A stretch of 64,000 bases of DNA from Eledone cirrhosa (GCA_964016885.1 OZ024741.1:53382001-53446000), one strand, 5' to 3'; counted from the first letter of the stretch, positions 14,621-30,201 are shown. Notes: a model not told the origin generated them from the sequence alone. Numbers and translations: made by a program.

Positions 14621-14627
14621 GTATATA

Positions 14628-14680
<53 letters not shown>

Positions 14681-15289
14681 TATATATATACACGTACACA
14701 TATACTCACACACATAACCAACCCCATATATATAGAGAGAGATGGATACACCTTGTTTTGTGTGAGTACGCTTGCATAAGTGCGTGCATACCTCTCACTG
14801 CGGGAGTATTTGTATATGTGTCTCTGTGTGTGATTAGATGGATGCAAATGTGTATATGTTCAGTTTATCATATTACGAAGGTTTGAATTCATGACTGCGA
14901 CTGTATGTATGCTTCAGCATGTTACATGTTACATGTTATATCATACATTTATATTTGTTATAATATGTATCTATAAATATTATAATATATGTGTTCCTAT
15001 TCATGGACATAAAACATTGGCTCTCGGCCTTATAAGTTTGCGCTTGCGTTTGCATATGTATACCTGTTTATATATGATCGTTCGAGCCCCAGATCTCTTT
15101 CTCACACCATCTCTCTTTATCTCCCCCCTCTCTCTCTATATCTCTCTCTTTCTCTCTATCTCTCTCTTTCTTTCTCTCTCTCTCTCTCTCTGTATATACA
15201 TATATATAGAGTGAGAGAGAGAGAGAGAGAGAGAGACACACACACACACGCCCACACACAAACACACGCACACACACACACACGCACAT

Positions 15290-15326
<37 letters not shown>

Positions 15327-16327
15327 CATATATACGAGTATATAATAAGGATTTAGATCTATATAACGCTTGATGCATAGAAGCCTTCGCAATTATTTCG
15401 TCCTTGTTGCCCGCAGATAGGGAAAGAGAGGGAGAACGAGAAAAAAAGAGAGAGAGAAAAGAGAGAGAGAGTGAAAGATGGAGAGAGCATTATTTTTCGT
15501 TTCTCGTTTCTTCCTTTATTTTTTTTCCTTTTATAAATTCTTCTTTGCCTCTTCTTCCCTTTATTACTATTTTTCTTTCTACTTTATTCCATTAACGTCT
15601 TTTCTTTTTCTTAAAGGGTTTCTTTCATTTAAATATTTTTTCCCCATCAATCTTCAGAATTTCCATCTTAATATATTTTCCCAGTTCTCTTATCAATATC
15701 CCAGATTACAATGTCGATTCTTTTGTTAAGTATTAAGTAATGAACGCTTTGTTTGTCAATGTTCCATCAATAATCTTAATTCTAAAAAGGAAAATAAAAA
15801 AGAGAAAAAATGATAAATGGGAAAACAAATGAATCCTTTCTATTATATCACGATGAAATTTTTTCTGGATAACTTCTTATTAAGAATTACTTTATTTTTA
15901 TTTTTGTGATTGTTGTTGTTGTTGTTTCGACCCAGGTCAGCTTTGATCGAGAATGTTGAGGTTCAATGACATTCTAGATGTCACGATATAGTGTTTTTAG
16001 ACATACGACTCTATTAAACTTCATTATCAAATAAACCGATATTATTTTTAATTTTAAGAAATTTGATTTGAGAAGGATTTGGCTCTTATTTCTAGCACCA
16101 TATCGATTGAACGAGTTGTAGCTCACTTATAGATGTATAGAATTGCTAGAGCGTCATATAAAATGCCATAGTGGTATTTCTTCTGGATCTATATATTTTA
16201 ACTTCAAATCTAACCGAGTTCAACCTGGCCTTTCAAATTTATTCGGCAGAAAATTTACCAGTGAAGAACTGGCTTGAACGAATCAAATTTGAATTTCCTA
16301 CATATGCTGGACATGCTGGTAATGCTA

Positions 16328-16431
16328 GTAAGTAAGGTACTCAATAAACTAGTAGTGTGTAAACATCAAATTTAATATAGAAATGGCATTTAAAGGACTA
16401 GAACTGTTTCATTCGAAAAAAATTATCAGGG

Positions 16432-16432
<1 letters not shown>
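16328..16432 (-). mobile_element. degenerate Penelope-like pLTR fragment with decayed hammerhead
   Basis: Reverse-complement similarity to 23331-23425 (CTGATAA...GAATGAAACAGTTCTAGTCC; attgagtaccttacttac). Confidence 0.6.
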
Positions 16433-16507
<75 letters not shown>

Positions 16508-16544
16508 GCACACACACACACATACACACACACATATATATATA

Positions 16545-17651
<1,107 letters not shown>

Positions 17652-18056
17652 CATCTTATACATAATCACTGAGGGGTAGGTCACAGTAGAATAATCGTTA
17701 CAAGCATCTTACCATAGAGCAACCTAAGGCAAGAGGCTTTCCTAACTATCCTTACTGCAGTTTCAAAACCTAAAGTAAAACTGACCATTCCAATAGATTG
17801 ATATGGCTACCGTTAACAGAACAGTTTACCATCAGAGGATTTTTCATATGCTATAAATAAATAAATAAATACCAGTTAAGAGATTTGTTTCCGTGTTTTT
17901 ATCGAACCATCATGGTGCAAGAAATATTGGACGCATGCGTGGATGTATTAAGAAGGTAGACATTTGTACATACGGACAAAGTGACGAGTCTAAACTGCAA
18001 CTGGAAATAGCTGTCAATAAAACCATCTATCAGTTCACCATATAGGGAGCAGTAGA

Positions 18057-18203
18057 TATTATACATGAGTAAATTTGTCACGGATATAAAATAACATCTC
18101 AATGAAATATATGTATATGCTTCTCTGAATGAGATTATTTTAGCGATCTCTTTTCATTGAGATTTTATCTATATTCGTGACAAATTTACTTATGTATAAT
18201 ATA
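18057..18203. repeat. MITE-like hairpin (~50-bp imperfect inverted repeats)
   Basis: tattatacatgagtaaatttgtcacg...tctcaatgaaa vs tttcattgaga...cgtgacaaatttacttatgtataata. Confidence 0.7.
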
Positions 18204-18371
18204 AACATATATACCATAACTCATATATGCTTGCGTGTGATTGATTGTTTGGTTAACTACTGCAATAAGAAACACCAAAATCATCAATTTGTCATCAGAG
18301 TCACTAGCGAATTCAATGAATATTCGTTCTTCTGCAATGTATTTCAGTATCGGTGTGTGTGTTTGTAGTTT

Positions 18372-18428
<57 letters not shown>

Positions 18429-18444
18429 TTATTTATATATATAT

Positions 18445-19290
18445 ACTTCGTTTTTGAATTTGTTTTGAAAGATATCTTATCTGAAAACGTGTGTTGAAAC
18501 AGATATTGTTATTCTTTGGAAGGGCCATGCTGCCAATAAAAACACGAGCACCTGTCGGATTTCCCTTCAATTTAGTATAAATTTCCGATTGGTTGGTTGG
18601 TTGACAAACCACAAAAATAAGATGGTGTAGGACAGAACAAAGTAGAAACAAAAAATAAAAACCTAGTCATTGAGGAGATCACAGAATGTGTGACGTAACA
18701 GCATTGACAATATATAAACAATTATCCGGTTATCGAAGCAATCAACCAACCGGAAATATATAGTAAATTGAAGTGAAAATCGAGAGATGCATGTGTTTTT
18801 ATTACCCTCCCAATGTATAACAATATATATATATTGTTATGCTTTGGGAGGGTCATGTTGCCAATAAGAAACACACGCACCAGCTGATTTCACTCCAATT
18901 TATTATAAATTAAATTTATAAATTTAAGAATTTATAAATTTCCGGTTGGTTGGTTGGTTGCACAACCGCACGGTTGTTCATATATTGTCAAAGTTCTTTC
19001 GTCACACATTCTGTGACCTTTTCAGTGACTGGAAATTCTTTTCTTTGTTTTTGTGCCTCTCGTTTGTTCTGTCCTACGCCAACTTCTTTTTTCGGTTGTG
19101 GAACCAACCAACCAACCGGAAATTTATAAATTCTTAAATTTATCAATTTAATTTATAATAAATTGAAGTGATAGCAACTGGTGCGTGTGTTTCTTATTGG
19201 CAATATGACCCTCCCAAAGCATAACAATATCGGTTTCAACACACGTTTTCAAATAAAGAATCTTGCTAAACAAATTCAGAAACGAAATAT
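18445..19290. mobile_element. inverted dimer of a MITE-like element, each unit with internal TIRs
   Basis: 18445-18826 is a diverged reverse complement of 18832-19290; each unit is bounded by atattgttat...ggttggttg / caaccaacc...ataacaatat. Confidence 0.7.
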
Positions 19291-19533
19291 ATATATATTG
19301 TTAATGCTAAATAGTGATTCTTACTACGCTGGAGTTTCGCCTGTTTATCACAAGGTCATCTGATGACCCTGTGGTAAACAGGCCATACTCCTATTTAACA
19401 AGACTCAATATATACGCTTAATAAAATTAATATTAAATCGCTATTTCAGTATTGAATACTCGTTTCTCTCAGCCGTCAACCACATACGGATCTCTGTCTG
19501 TCTCTCCCCCCTCTCTCTCTATCTATCCCCCCC

Positions 19534-19624
<91 letters not shown>

Positions 19625-19632
19625 TATATGTT

Positions 19633-19689
<57 letters not shown>

Positions 19690-19701
19690 TTAATATAGAT
19701 G

Positions 19702-19752
19702 AGATTCTACAGGACTAGAACTGTTTCATTCTTTAGAAATCATCAGGAATCT
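19702..19752 (-). ncRNA. type I hammerhead ribozyme motif
   Basis: Exact reverse complement of 23325-23375. Confidence 0.75.
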
Positions 19753-20199
19753 GGGTATCAAAAAATAAACATGGTATTTATAGGTCTCTACAAGTGGTAG
19801 GAGAGGGTGGGGAGTGGGATGGGTGTAGGTCATTGGTTGATAGAAAAGGGAATTCATTAAAAGCTAATTCTACAAAGCTATAGTTTATTTTTATTTTTTT
19901 ATTTTTTTATATTTTTAGAGTAACAAAGGCAGACAGAATTCTATAAACAGGTTCCGGATGGCATACCATTCCTTGTCATTAAGTTTCTCTTAAGCTAACA
20001 GATGTCTATAAGATCAGTGGGGGGTCAGTCATGGTACAAAGAATTAAAGAAAAGGGAGATTCTTTAAAAGCTAAAGCCATTAAGGTTCTACTAAGTGACA
20101 AAGGTTTAGAGAATTATGTAGGCAGATTCAAAATACTGAGTGCATATCTTACAATTATCTTCGAACTTCTCTTAAACTAATCAACTATATGCCAAAAAT

Positions 20200-20366
20200 C
20201 AACAGACACATTCACAAAAAAACACACTCACTCACACACTCACGCGCAACCATAAACACACATACACATACCCATATACACACATAAAAACACACACACA
20301 TATATATAAATATATTCACATACATACATGTACATACACACATACATATATATATATATATAAAAA

Positions 20367-20399
<33 letters not shown>

Positions 20400-20508
20400 T
20401 ACATATATACACACATATATATACACATATAAAAATACACTCAAACACATACATACAAACACAAATATACATGTGTATACATATACACATAAAGACACAT
20501 AGATATAT

Positions 20509-20556
<48 letters not shown>

Positions 20557-20625
20557 TACATATATATATACAGTACATATACACACCATATATACATATA
20601 CACACACATATACACACAAACACAC

Positions 20626-20704
<79 letters not shown>

Positions 20705-20750
20705 TATATATATACATATATACCACAAACAAATATATACATATACATAC

Positions 20751-20797
<47 letters not shown>

Positions 20798-20825
20798 CAT
20801 ATACACATATATAAGGAAAAAGCAT

Positions 20826-20905
<80 letters not shown>

Positions 20906-21020
20906 CACCATTCATACATATATTCATATATATATATACACATATACATATATACATATATATATATACAAATATATATATATATATATGCATATATATA
21001 TATATATATATATATATACA

Positions 21021-21070
<50 letters not shown>

Positions 21071-21165
21071 TATACACACATACACACATATACATACACA
21101 TATACACACACACATACACATACATACATATATACACAAGTACATACACATATATACACACATAC

Positions 21166-21204
<39 letters not shown>

Positions 21205-21257
21205 CATAAATATATATATATAAATATATAAAAATAAATATACACACACATACATAC

Positions 21258-21316
<59 letters not shown>

Positions 21317-21351
21317 CACAAATATATATACAAACATACACATACACACAC

Positions 21352-21392
<41 letters not shown>

Positions 21393-21495
21393 CACATACA
21401 CATATATACATATATACACACACATACATACACATATATACATATATATACACAAACATACATATACACACACATACATATACACACACACATAT

Positions 21496-21535
<40 letters not shown>

Positions 21536-21563
21536 ATGCATATGTATAAATATATATATATAT

Positions 21564-21637
<74 letters not shown>

Positions 21638-21989
21638 CCATACATATACACATATACACATACATACACAGACCTATACATAAATATACACATATATACA
21701 GACATACAACGCATATATACACACATATATACAAATATATATATATATATACACGCATACACACATACACACACACACGCGCACACACAAATATATATAC
21801 ACACACTCTCTCTCACGCACATATATACAAATATATATATATATATATACATAGTCCAGAATTAGCCGTCGAAACGGCTTGAGCTCAGCTGTCGGGGTCT
21901 TACTGGTTCCTATTACCCACTCTACTACGTCAAGTATTGAGTACTTTGGTGCGTTATGGTCCACCTGGTTCCTTACCACATTTCCTTCG

Positions 21990-22029
<40 letters not shown>

Positions 22030-22089
22030 ACACATATATATATACACACACCTGCCCACACACACATATATATATACACACACACACAT

Positions 22090-22152
<63 letters not shown>

Positions 22153-22480
22153 CATATATATACATATATACATATATATATATATACACATATACATATA
22201 CACACACACATATATATACATACATACATACATACACATACACATACATACACATATATACACACATATATATATATATATATAAATATATATATAAAAT
22301 ATATATACATATATACATATATATACATACATAAATATACACACATAAAAACATAAAACACATATACACACATACATATATATATATATATACACATACA
22401 CATACATATACACACATACAAACAAATATATACACATACAAATAAATAAGTACTCAATAATTATACGCATATACGCAGGC
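20200..22480. repeat. very long compound (TA)/(CA)/(TACA) microsatellite tract
   Basis: Direct low-complexity sequence with one unique island at 21850-21990. Confidence 0.95.
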
Positions 22481-22624
22481 ACATAAAAACACCTCTACAG
22501 GCAGAAAATGTAGATAGGAAGGAGGTACTCACATAACCATAGTGGCCGTATTTCAGGTTGAGGAGGGGTGGGGGTAGGGTGGGGAGGAGGTATAGGGGCC
22601 AATAGGGGGAGGTCATTTTTAGCC

Positions 22625-23030
22625 ATCGGGCTTTAACACTGGCTTAAAGTGTTTGAAAGTTGCAAAGTTCTTGTGCATGCAGTTCTGGCAGTGTTCAGAG
22701 AGTTTGTTCAGTAGCGGGCCCTTGGCGGATAAAATTTCGTAGCTCTCTGAAATACAAAGGTCGCAGCCCTTGTGTCCTCCGTTGTAAGAGCGCGCTTCTG
22801 GAGTATTTTCTATTTAAGCGTGAAGGGGGTGGAGTTCCTTTTGAGGTCCCAAACGTAGGAGGCGAGTGTTGTCTGGTTTGATTTGTCCGGTATTCTGAAG
22901 GAGTGGGTATGGGCATACCAACGGGTCTTAAAGTTGGTGGAGGTCATGCCGATGTAAGTTTTTTTGCAATCCTTGGTGCCTGAGATGACATCGCATTTGT
23001 ATACGATATCATTAGTGAGGCATTTGTTTT
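22625..23030 (-). pseudogene. GIY-YIG endonuclease remnant of Penelope-like element
   Basis: KCLTNDIVYKC...TYIGMTSTNFKTRWYAHTHSF...TTLASYVWDLK, then a stop and frameshift before the CDLCISE motif. Confidence 0.9.
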
Positions 23031-23324
23031 TAATTCTTTGTACCATGACTGACCCCCCACTGATCTTATAGACATCTGTTAGCTTAAGAGAAACTTAATG
23101 ACAAGGAATGGTATGCCATCCGGAACCTGTTTATAGAATTCTGTCTGCCTTTGTTACTCTAAAAATATAAAAAAATAAAAAAATAAAAATAAACTATAGC
23201 TTTGTAGAATTAGCTTTTAATGAATTCCCTTTTCTATCAACCAATGACCTACACCCATCCCACTCCCCACCCTCTCCTACCACTTGTAGAGACCTATAAA
23301 TACCATGTTTATTTTTTGATACCC

Positions 23325-23375
23325 AGATTCCTGATGATTTCTAAAGAATGAAACAGTTCTAGTCCTGTAGAATCT
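23325..23375 (+). ncRNA. type I hammerhead ribozyme motif
   Basis: AGATTC-CTGATGA-TTTCTAAAGAAT-GAAA-CAG-TTCTAGTC-CTG-TA-GAATCT: stems I-III, intact core, GUA cleavage triplet. Confidence 0.8.
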
Positions 23376-23459
23376 CATCTATATTAAAACTTTTATACTC
23401 TGCTATGCATTGAGTACCTTACTTACTGTGGTTACCTCCGATTCAACCCGGAATAACTT

Positions 23460-23511
<52 letters not shown>

Positions 23512-23605
23512 AAGGTGTTAATAGGTGGTTAAAAAAGTTCCATATATCTTCTTATGCGCATTTCGAAAACAACATCAGACTGTTGAGTGCTACTTATCTG
23601 ATATA

Positions 23606-24072
23606 AGGGCGGAAGAACTCATAAGAGTCAACGGCCATCCAAAGTGTGTAAATATGTATATACACATGTACATATGTATGTATATGTATATGTGTATACA
23701 CATGGGTGCATGTGTGTGTATATGCGCGGGGACAGAAATATTCGGGCTGGATACCCGATCGTGCGGTTAAACCACTGGGAGTGAAGAACCGCTAGCTTTG
23801 TCAGGACATTCTTCTAGGAGAAGGCAACTCGGGAAACTGGGATAACTACCATATAAAACCTGCGGCTCAGTAGTTACCGATGATGTTGATCTTTTCTTCT
23901 TTTCGGGTTATAGCTACTGTCGCTCAGAGAGTGGGATTGGCTCAGTGCACAGTCTTTCCTCACTTTAAAAAATATCTTCACGCACAGGCATTGCACGATA
24001 GAATTAATTAATAATTATTAATAATGATATATCGTGCAATGGCAATACTCGATAACGAGGGGGCACCCATCA
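23606..24072 (+). mobile_element. RTE-derived non-autonomous element (subfamily B)
   Basis: ctaggagaaggcaactc RTE 5'UTR-like motif; 3' end tactcgataacgagggggcacccatc followed by an (ATGT)n tail. Confidence 0.7.
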
Positions 24073-24471
24073 TGTATGTATGTATGTATGCATGTATGTT
24101 TGTATGAATGTATATATGTATGTAAGTATGCATGTATGTATGGATACACACATACACACACACACACACACACAAACACATGTATGTGTGTGTGTAAATA
24201 TACGAATATATAATACGTATATATACGATATGTATGCACACAGCCATGGGTACGTGGTACTGCAAGAGAATGTGACCAGTCATTGCCATTGTATGCAGCG
24301 GAAATGAGTTAGTGTCCATTAAGTGATTGATCTGATGAATGATGTATAGAGCTGCAAGATATTAATGTCTGTCAATATCATAGTGGTGGTATTCTGGTTC
24401 TAAGGTGAAGATCGGTGCAGTACATACAGAGAGGTGGAGTCTACATACATACACATACATATACATACTTA

Positions 24472-24622
24472 CTGGAATCTTGTAAATTTGTAAACCGTTT
24501 TGACGATTCAAAAGATTAACGATTACATAAGAAACGAGGTAAATCTCTTCTTTTTTACAACCTTGGCATCGGAAGTTGGTCGGTCAAATATATATTCAAC
24601 ATTAAGAGAAAGAGAGAAGATA
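24472..24622 (+). mobile_element. R4/Dong 3' terminal fragment in (TACA)n
   Basis: Similar to 5400-5530 (tttacaaccttg...ggtcaaa...attaagagaaagaga). Confidence 0.7.
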
Positions 24623-24712
24623 CATACATGCATATATAGATAATGAGTATATGGATACATACATTCATACATACACAAACACACACAGAGACACACATAT
24701 ATATATATACAC

Positions 24713-24814
<102 letters not shown>

Positions 24815-24904
24815 CCAAGTTTGTATCTGTTATGTTTTCCAATGATATATGCATATTATCTATCTATCTATCTGTCTATCTACCTATCTATTTATCTATT
24901 GTAT

Positions 24905-26153
24905 CTTAGCGTCCGTAATTTACTACCGCCTGACTGTCGTGCCTTGCCCTAAGGAAACACTCACCACCATGGAACGCATGCTCTTTCAATTTCTTTGGAA
25001 GAAGCGCCCTCCTATGGTGAGAAGATCCATCTGCTGCCAACAACCTTCGAAAGGAGGGCTGGGGATGCCGTGGTTGATGATGCGTAGGCACGCATTAAGG
25101 CTACGGCACCTACAGGTATTCCTCACTGGTCAACCGGTTTGGGCTCCGTTCGTGAAACGAGCCTTTCCGAGACTCGTCTCGCTCACCGAGCTGCAGTCCT
25201 GGGTCAAGCAAAGATCCGGAAAACTGGGTGACTGGCACACTGAGTGTACCCAGGCGCTCAGTGCTATCTGGCAAGCGGGCCCGGCCATCGGTGGAGAATC
25301 CACCTCATCATTCTATAGAGGGCTGGTGGTTAGTAGGGGCGATGACACCCTTGGAGAGTCGCTGGACATGGAAGAGGACGAGCTGGCCAGCCTGTTCGGT
25401 AGGACTTTCGGCCCGGGATCAATGGACAACTTCCAGAAGTCACTAGCCTGGCAGTGCTACCGGGGGGCTCTACCCGTTCGAGAGAGGCTCTACAGACACG
25501 GGCGCCCGGGCAGGGATCCCTCGAAAAAGATTTGCCCTAGATGCGTGCGTCACGAAGAAATCGTTGCGCACGCATTGGTGCAATGTCCGGGCGTGGCTGA
25601 TCTGTGGGGCTACGCCGAACGACTGCTGTCGCGGGTGGCGCCGATTCGATTGACCGCCGAGTCCGTGGTGACAATCAAACCGCCTCCCCTCTTCACAAAG
25701 GAAGCAAAGGCGTTTTTTCTGTGCGTAATAGCCATGTTGAAAGAGGTTGTTTGGTGGACACGATTGAAAAGTCTGAGGTCAGGCAACTTCCTCTCTGGCC
25801 ATAGTCTGGTCTACTTCTTCCGATATCACTTCGGAAGAAGGATAAGAATGGAGAGAGAAGTGCTTGGCCATAGGCAGTTTTATGAAAGGTGGGTGATAGT
25901 GGCGAGAATGGCTCGTGTAAATGGGCCTTCTCTGTATACCATCCTGTGAAGAAGAGAGGAGCACCTTCTCCATGTGCTCCCCGGGCAAAGGATTGCACAC
26001 TTTTTCGGGGGTGTGTGCAACCCCCATCACGTCCCCTCCCTTTTGAGGTTGTTTTCGATTATTTTCATTTCATACCCTTTTTACTCGGTTTTATGTAAAC
26101 TCCCCCTTTGTATTTGTCCCTTCTTGTTATGCCTTTATGGTAAATAAAGAAAT
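24905..26153 (+). mobile_element. 5'-truncated Tx1-clade LINE in (TATC)n
   Basis: ORF to 25949 is homologous to the Tx1 ORF2 C-terminal half at 54201-55230 ([18 protein letters not shown]...E...HALVQC); ends aaataaagaaa; TATC repeats on both flanks. Confidence 0.9.
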
Positions 26154-26256
26154 ATATCTATTTATCTATGTATCTATAATTGTCTAACGTGTTAATATAA
26201 TCTGTCATCGTCTCAATTCCCCTCTCTCTCTCTCACTCTGTATGTATATATATATA

Positions 26257-26303
<47 letters not shown>

Positions 26304-26454
26304 AGATCAAATGAAATGCGCATAATAAAATACTTGGAACTCTTTTAATCATCTTTTGATCTTATATTATTTATACTCCAGTCCTAGAATCTGTAGAGTG
26401 CTACTTATCCGATATTTGTATTGCTTTATTGTGCTACAATAAAACTCATCTCCT

Positions 26455-26507
<53 letters not shown>

Positions 26508-26509
26508 GA

Positions 26510-27020
26510 ATTTCTTTATAGAATTCCTTCTGCCTTTGTCACTCTAAGTAATGCTTTAAAGAATTGGCTTTTAAAAAATTCCCCTTTCTTTAAACCCTTC
26601 AACCATGACCTCCACCCATCCTGTAGACACCTGAAATATAGGGATTGCTAGCTTATGAGAAACTTAAAAGATAAGAAGTGGCACCCCATTTTGAACTTGT
26701 TTATAGAATTCCTCCTCCCCTTGTCACTGTAAATATAAATTATAGGTTTAAAGAATTAGCTTTTAAAGAATTCCCTTCTCTTTCAACCAACGACCTCCAC
26801 CCATCCCACTCCCCACCCATCCCACTCCCCACCCTCTCCTACCATCAGAAAAGATATAAATACCACTATTTTTACTTGGACAGTTAGCTTCCTGATGATT
26901 TCTCACGAATGAAACAGCTGTAGTCCTGTAGAAGCTCTTCTATATTAAAACTTTCATACTCTGCTATGTATTGAGTACCTTACTCACTGTGGTTACCTCC
27001 GACTCAACACGGAGTAACTT
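26510..27020 (+). mobile_element. solo Penelope-like pLTR in (TA)n
   Basis: Diverged homolog of 23040-23460 with an internal duplication (~26515-26620 vs ~26700-26810). Confidence 0.75.
26886..26936 (+). ncRNA. type I hammerhead ribozyme motif
   Basis: AGCTTC-CTGATGA-TTTCTCACGAAT-GAAA-CAG-CTGTAGTC-CTG-TA-GAAGCT; compensatory change in stem I relative to 23325. Confidence 0.8.
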
Positions 27021-27061
27021 ATATATATATATACATATCTATCTATCTATATATAAATATA

Positions 27062-27112
<51 letters not shown>

Positions 27113-27728
27113 AGATTTCCCCATATTGAAGGATAAGTATTTCGTTCTTGATTTTATTTTGAGTTAAGATTGTATGGTTTTTTCCCCAGCCTACACAAAA
27201 TCTGAGGATAACATTTTTCTTTTTGATTTGTTTTGAATTAGAATGAATTATTTATCCCATATCTTACGTTACAACTGTTTCATCTTGAGGCTAAAGTCAC
27301 TTATATATCTGAATTATTGTCGGCTTTTTGCTTACATTAATTTCTTTATTTTCATTTATATATATATACATATACATATATATATATATATGTATATGTA
27401 TATATATATGCTAACTGAATTGAACGTCAATGTTTTTAGCTATATGTTTATATGCATATGCTTATAAATACACACATACTCGGTCACACGCACGCACATC
27501 GACATACAAGCATTCACACATATATAAATAATCATGGTGGCCGTAATTCCTCAGTATGAAGGTCAGAATATGGCATGGCAGCACTTATATATTGGTCAGT
27601 TGGTCTGTTGGCATGGGCTTATGATTTGCGTCCGCCAATCGACACTCCTCTAATATACAAACGCCGAGACCTATACTTTCATTTTGTGAGTACGCATGTA
27701 TGTACATGTATATATATGCCTGTGTTTG

Positions 27729-27769
<41 letters not shown>

Positions 27770-28299
27770 AGGTGTGTGTCTGCATATGTTTATATCTCTA
27801 TGAATGTGTGCGTATACATATGAGTGAATGTAACCGTATTTATGAATGTGCGCATTATTGTATGTGTTACTTTGTGTGTATGTCTATATTTGTGCATGTG
27901 TGAAAATATGTGTGGATGAATACGTCTTTGTGTGTATGTTTTTTTATGTTTCGATTTGGACGTATGTACAAGTCTGTACGTATATATATATATATATATA
28001 TATATCCTATTTATATGTATGTATGTCTGAATGTGTGTGTATGTCTGTATGTGTTTATATGTGAATATATATATGTCTTTATGTGTTTATGCGAGTGTTT
28101 GTGTCTATGTGATGTGTGTGTGTGTGTGTTTGTGTTTCTGTGTGTGTGAATGTGTACATGTGTGCATGTGTGACCGAAGTTGACCTAGTGCATAAGTTAT
28201 CTTCAATATTGTCGGACTCAGTGACACGGTCAGTTCTTGGCAATGTTGCCTGCATAACAACTGAGGCTTGACCGACAGACGGAATAATATAACCTATAT

Positions 28300-28692
28300 T
28301 TCCACTACCACCAACCCCCATTACCACTACGACCAACACCAACACCATTACTACAGCCACTACAACTATTGCCCCACCACTACCACCACTACCACTAATA
28401 CCACCCTACCACTACCACCACCAATGCCACCACCATTACCACCACGACCAGCACCATTACTACAGCCACCACATTGCTTCCCCCACTACTACCAACCCTA
28501 CCACTACCACCACCACTACCACTACCATTACCAAAACTAGCACACCCCATCACCACTCAAACTCGTACTACTATCACCACAACTATCAGCAGTACCACTA
28601 CCACCACTAACACACCACTACCTTCAACATTCCCACCATCACCAACACCATCACCACCAACAACACCTCTACTACTACCAACACCAACACCA
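28300..28692. repeat. (ACC/ACT)n low-complexity tract
   Basis: Degenerate trinucleotide repeats. Confidence 0.85.
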
Positions 28693-29139
28693 AGGTCTTC
28701 TAATTAATATGTAGCGGCTTTTAACTTTACTTTTTATTATTCTGAGTCTAACTTCAGTACTTCGGCCACAAACCCAAGCACTGATCCCCGCAACACAGTG
28801 AAGCAGGAGATAACAAAATGCTGGGATTTCACCAATCTGTTCCTTTTAGTATGGCTTAGTGTCGAGACCTGCGGTATATTCGATAACCAGACTGCCATTT
28901 ATTTCTCCGCAAAATCGGGATGAGTACTAGCTCATATTGTTGTTGCCATTGGCTGTTCTTCCTGCCAAAGCTCTTTTCATTCTGTCTACGGAGCGCAGCT
29001 GCGAGATATACCGTTTGTAGAGACCCTACTTTTTTCCAGTCCCTACTTTTTTCGCTATCTGCTTTTTTCTTCCCTCTTTTGTTCTCCTCTTCGGGTTTAT
29101 TTTTTCAATGAAATTCTAACCGTACACTTTCATTGTTAT

Positions 29140-29810
29140 GTGGATTGGCAATATCGGTAGAGTTCAGACGCCATGCTTTGCAGCATAGAGTTACGGCCAT
29201 TTATGATCTGTGTTCAAATCCCGCCGAGGTTAACTTTGCCTTTCATCCTTACATGGTCGATAAAATAAAGTACCACTCACGCACTGGGGTCGATTTAATC
29301 GACTTTCCCCTCCCCCAAAATTGCTGGCCTTGTGCCTATATAAGAAACTATTATTATATTCGCTAATAAGTTTCGTGGATTGGCAAAGTCGTTAGAGCTT
29401 CGTGCAAATACATAGCAGTATCTGTCCCAGCTTTTTACGTTCTGTGCTCCAATCCCGTCGAGGTCAACTTCGTCCTTCAGCTTTCTGGAGTCGATAAAAA
29501 AATACCAGTAAAGTACTCAGGTCGATTTAATCGACTTTCCTTTTCCTTCAAATTGATGGCCTTGTGCCACAAGGAGAAACATTTATGATATTCGCTAACA
29601 TGGATGGAGGTCTGGCAGAATCGTCAGAGCATTTAAGAAAAGGCTTTGTGGTATTTGTCCTGCCTCTTTACATTCTGAGTTCTAATCCCGCCGAAATCAA
29701 CTTTGCCTTTCATCCTTCCGGGCTCGATAAAATAAAGTACCAGTTAAGTATTGGTGTCGATTTAATTGACTTTTCCCCTTACCTTGTTCCTAAAGTAGAA
29801 ATAATTATTA
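29140..29810 (+). mobile_element. three tandem near-full-length tRNA-derived SINEs
   Basis: Heads gtggattggca... at ~29140 and ~29375, and a diverged head at ~29605; B-box-like gttcaaatccc; core gcctttcatcc...gtcgataaaat..taccag; tails ccttgtgcc...gaaa+(TTA). Confidence 0.85.
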
Positions 29811-30127
29811 TATTCACAAATAAATATTCACATCTTCCATAAAACGCCAGTTTGTTTAAATGGATAGGTGGAACGGGGGGAGGGGGCTTAAACAAAAGGC
29901 CTTGCAGTTTTGTCACGGCTGATGAGGCTCCGAGTTCGCCAGCGAGGACATTTCTAGTGCCAAGCAGTATCGACACTAGCATTTTACCTTGGATGACATT
30001 CGTGGCGTAGAAAGAAAAAAACATTTGTACTGAAAATATTTGGACTTCCATAAAATATGTCGAAGTATTAATGGTAGGATTAAAAATAATAATAGTAGTA
30101 TGTAGCATCAACAACAGCAACAGTAGC

Positions 30128-30169
<42 letters not shown>

Positions 30170-30170
30170 T

Positions 30171-30201
<31 letters not shown>

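Larger units (their letters stand above)
19686..23460 (-). mobile_element. 5'-truncated Penelope-like element (Naiad-type) with inverted pLTRs
   Basis: GIY-YIG remnant at 22625-23030; ~360-bp apparently identical inverted repeats at 19686-20048 and 23030-23391; hammerhead in each; (TA)n flanks. Whether the internal 2.3-kb microsatellite tract belongs to the element is inferred. Confidence 0.7.

Noticed and set aside
20212-22482. Long ORFs (up to 496 aa) rich in YI/CV/HT, and similar ones across the window
   Set aside because: Translations of TA/CA/TACA microsatellites that lack stop codons; no protein signal.
22560-22612. G-quadruplex-like G-runs
   Set aside because: Complement of the C-rich 3' UTR that follows the PLE ORF; no further evidence of function.
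24849-24905. ATG-initiated 366-aa ORF as a domesticated gene
   Set aside because: The N-terminus is translated TATC repeat fused by chance to a truncated Tx1 ORF2.
28170-28295. Possible host exon on the minus strand (GYIIPSVGQ...)
   Set aside because: No recognisable domain, no convincing splice pair and no neighbouring exons.
28770-29120. Unique island with a basic open frame on the minus strand
   Set aside because: No recognisable homology or splice signals; cannot be supported as coding.
29915-29960. CTGATGA-GGC...GCC hammerhead start
   Set aside because: No GAAA after stem II, and no stem III or stem I found.
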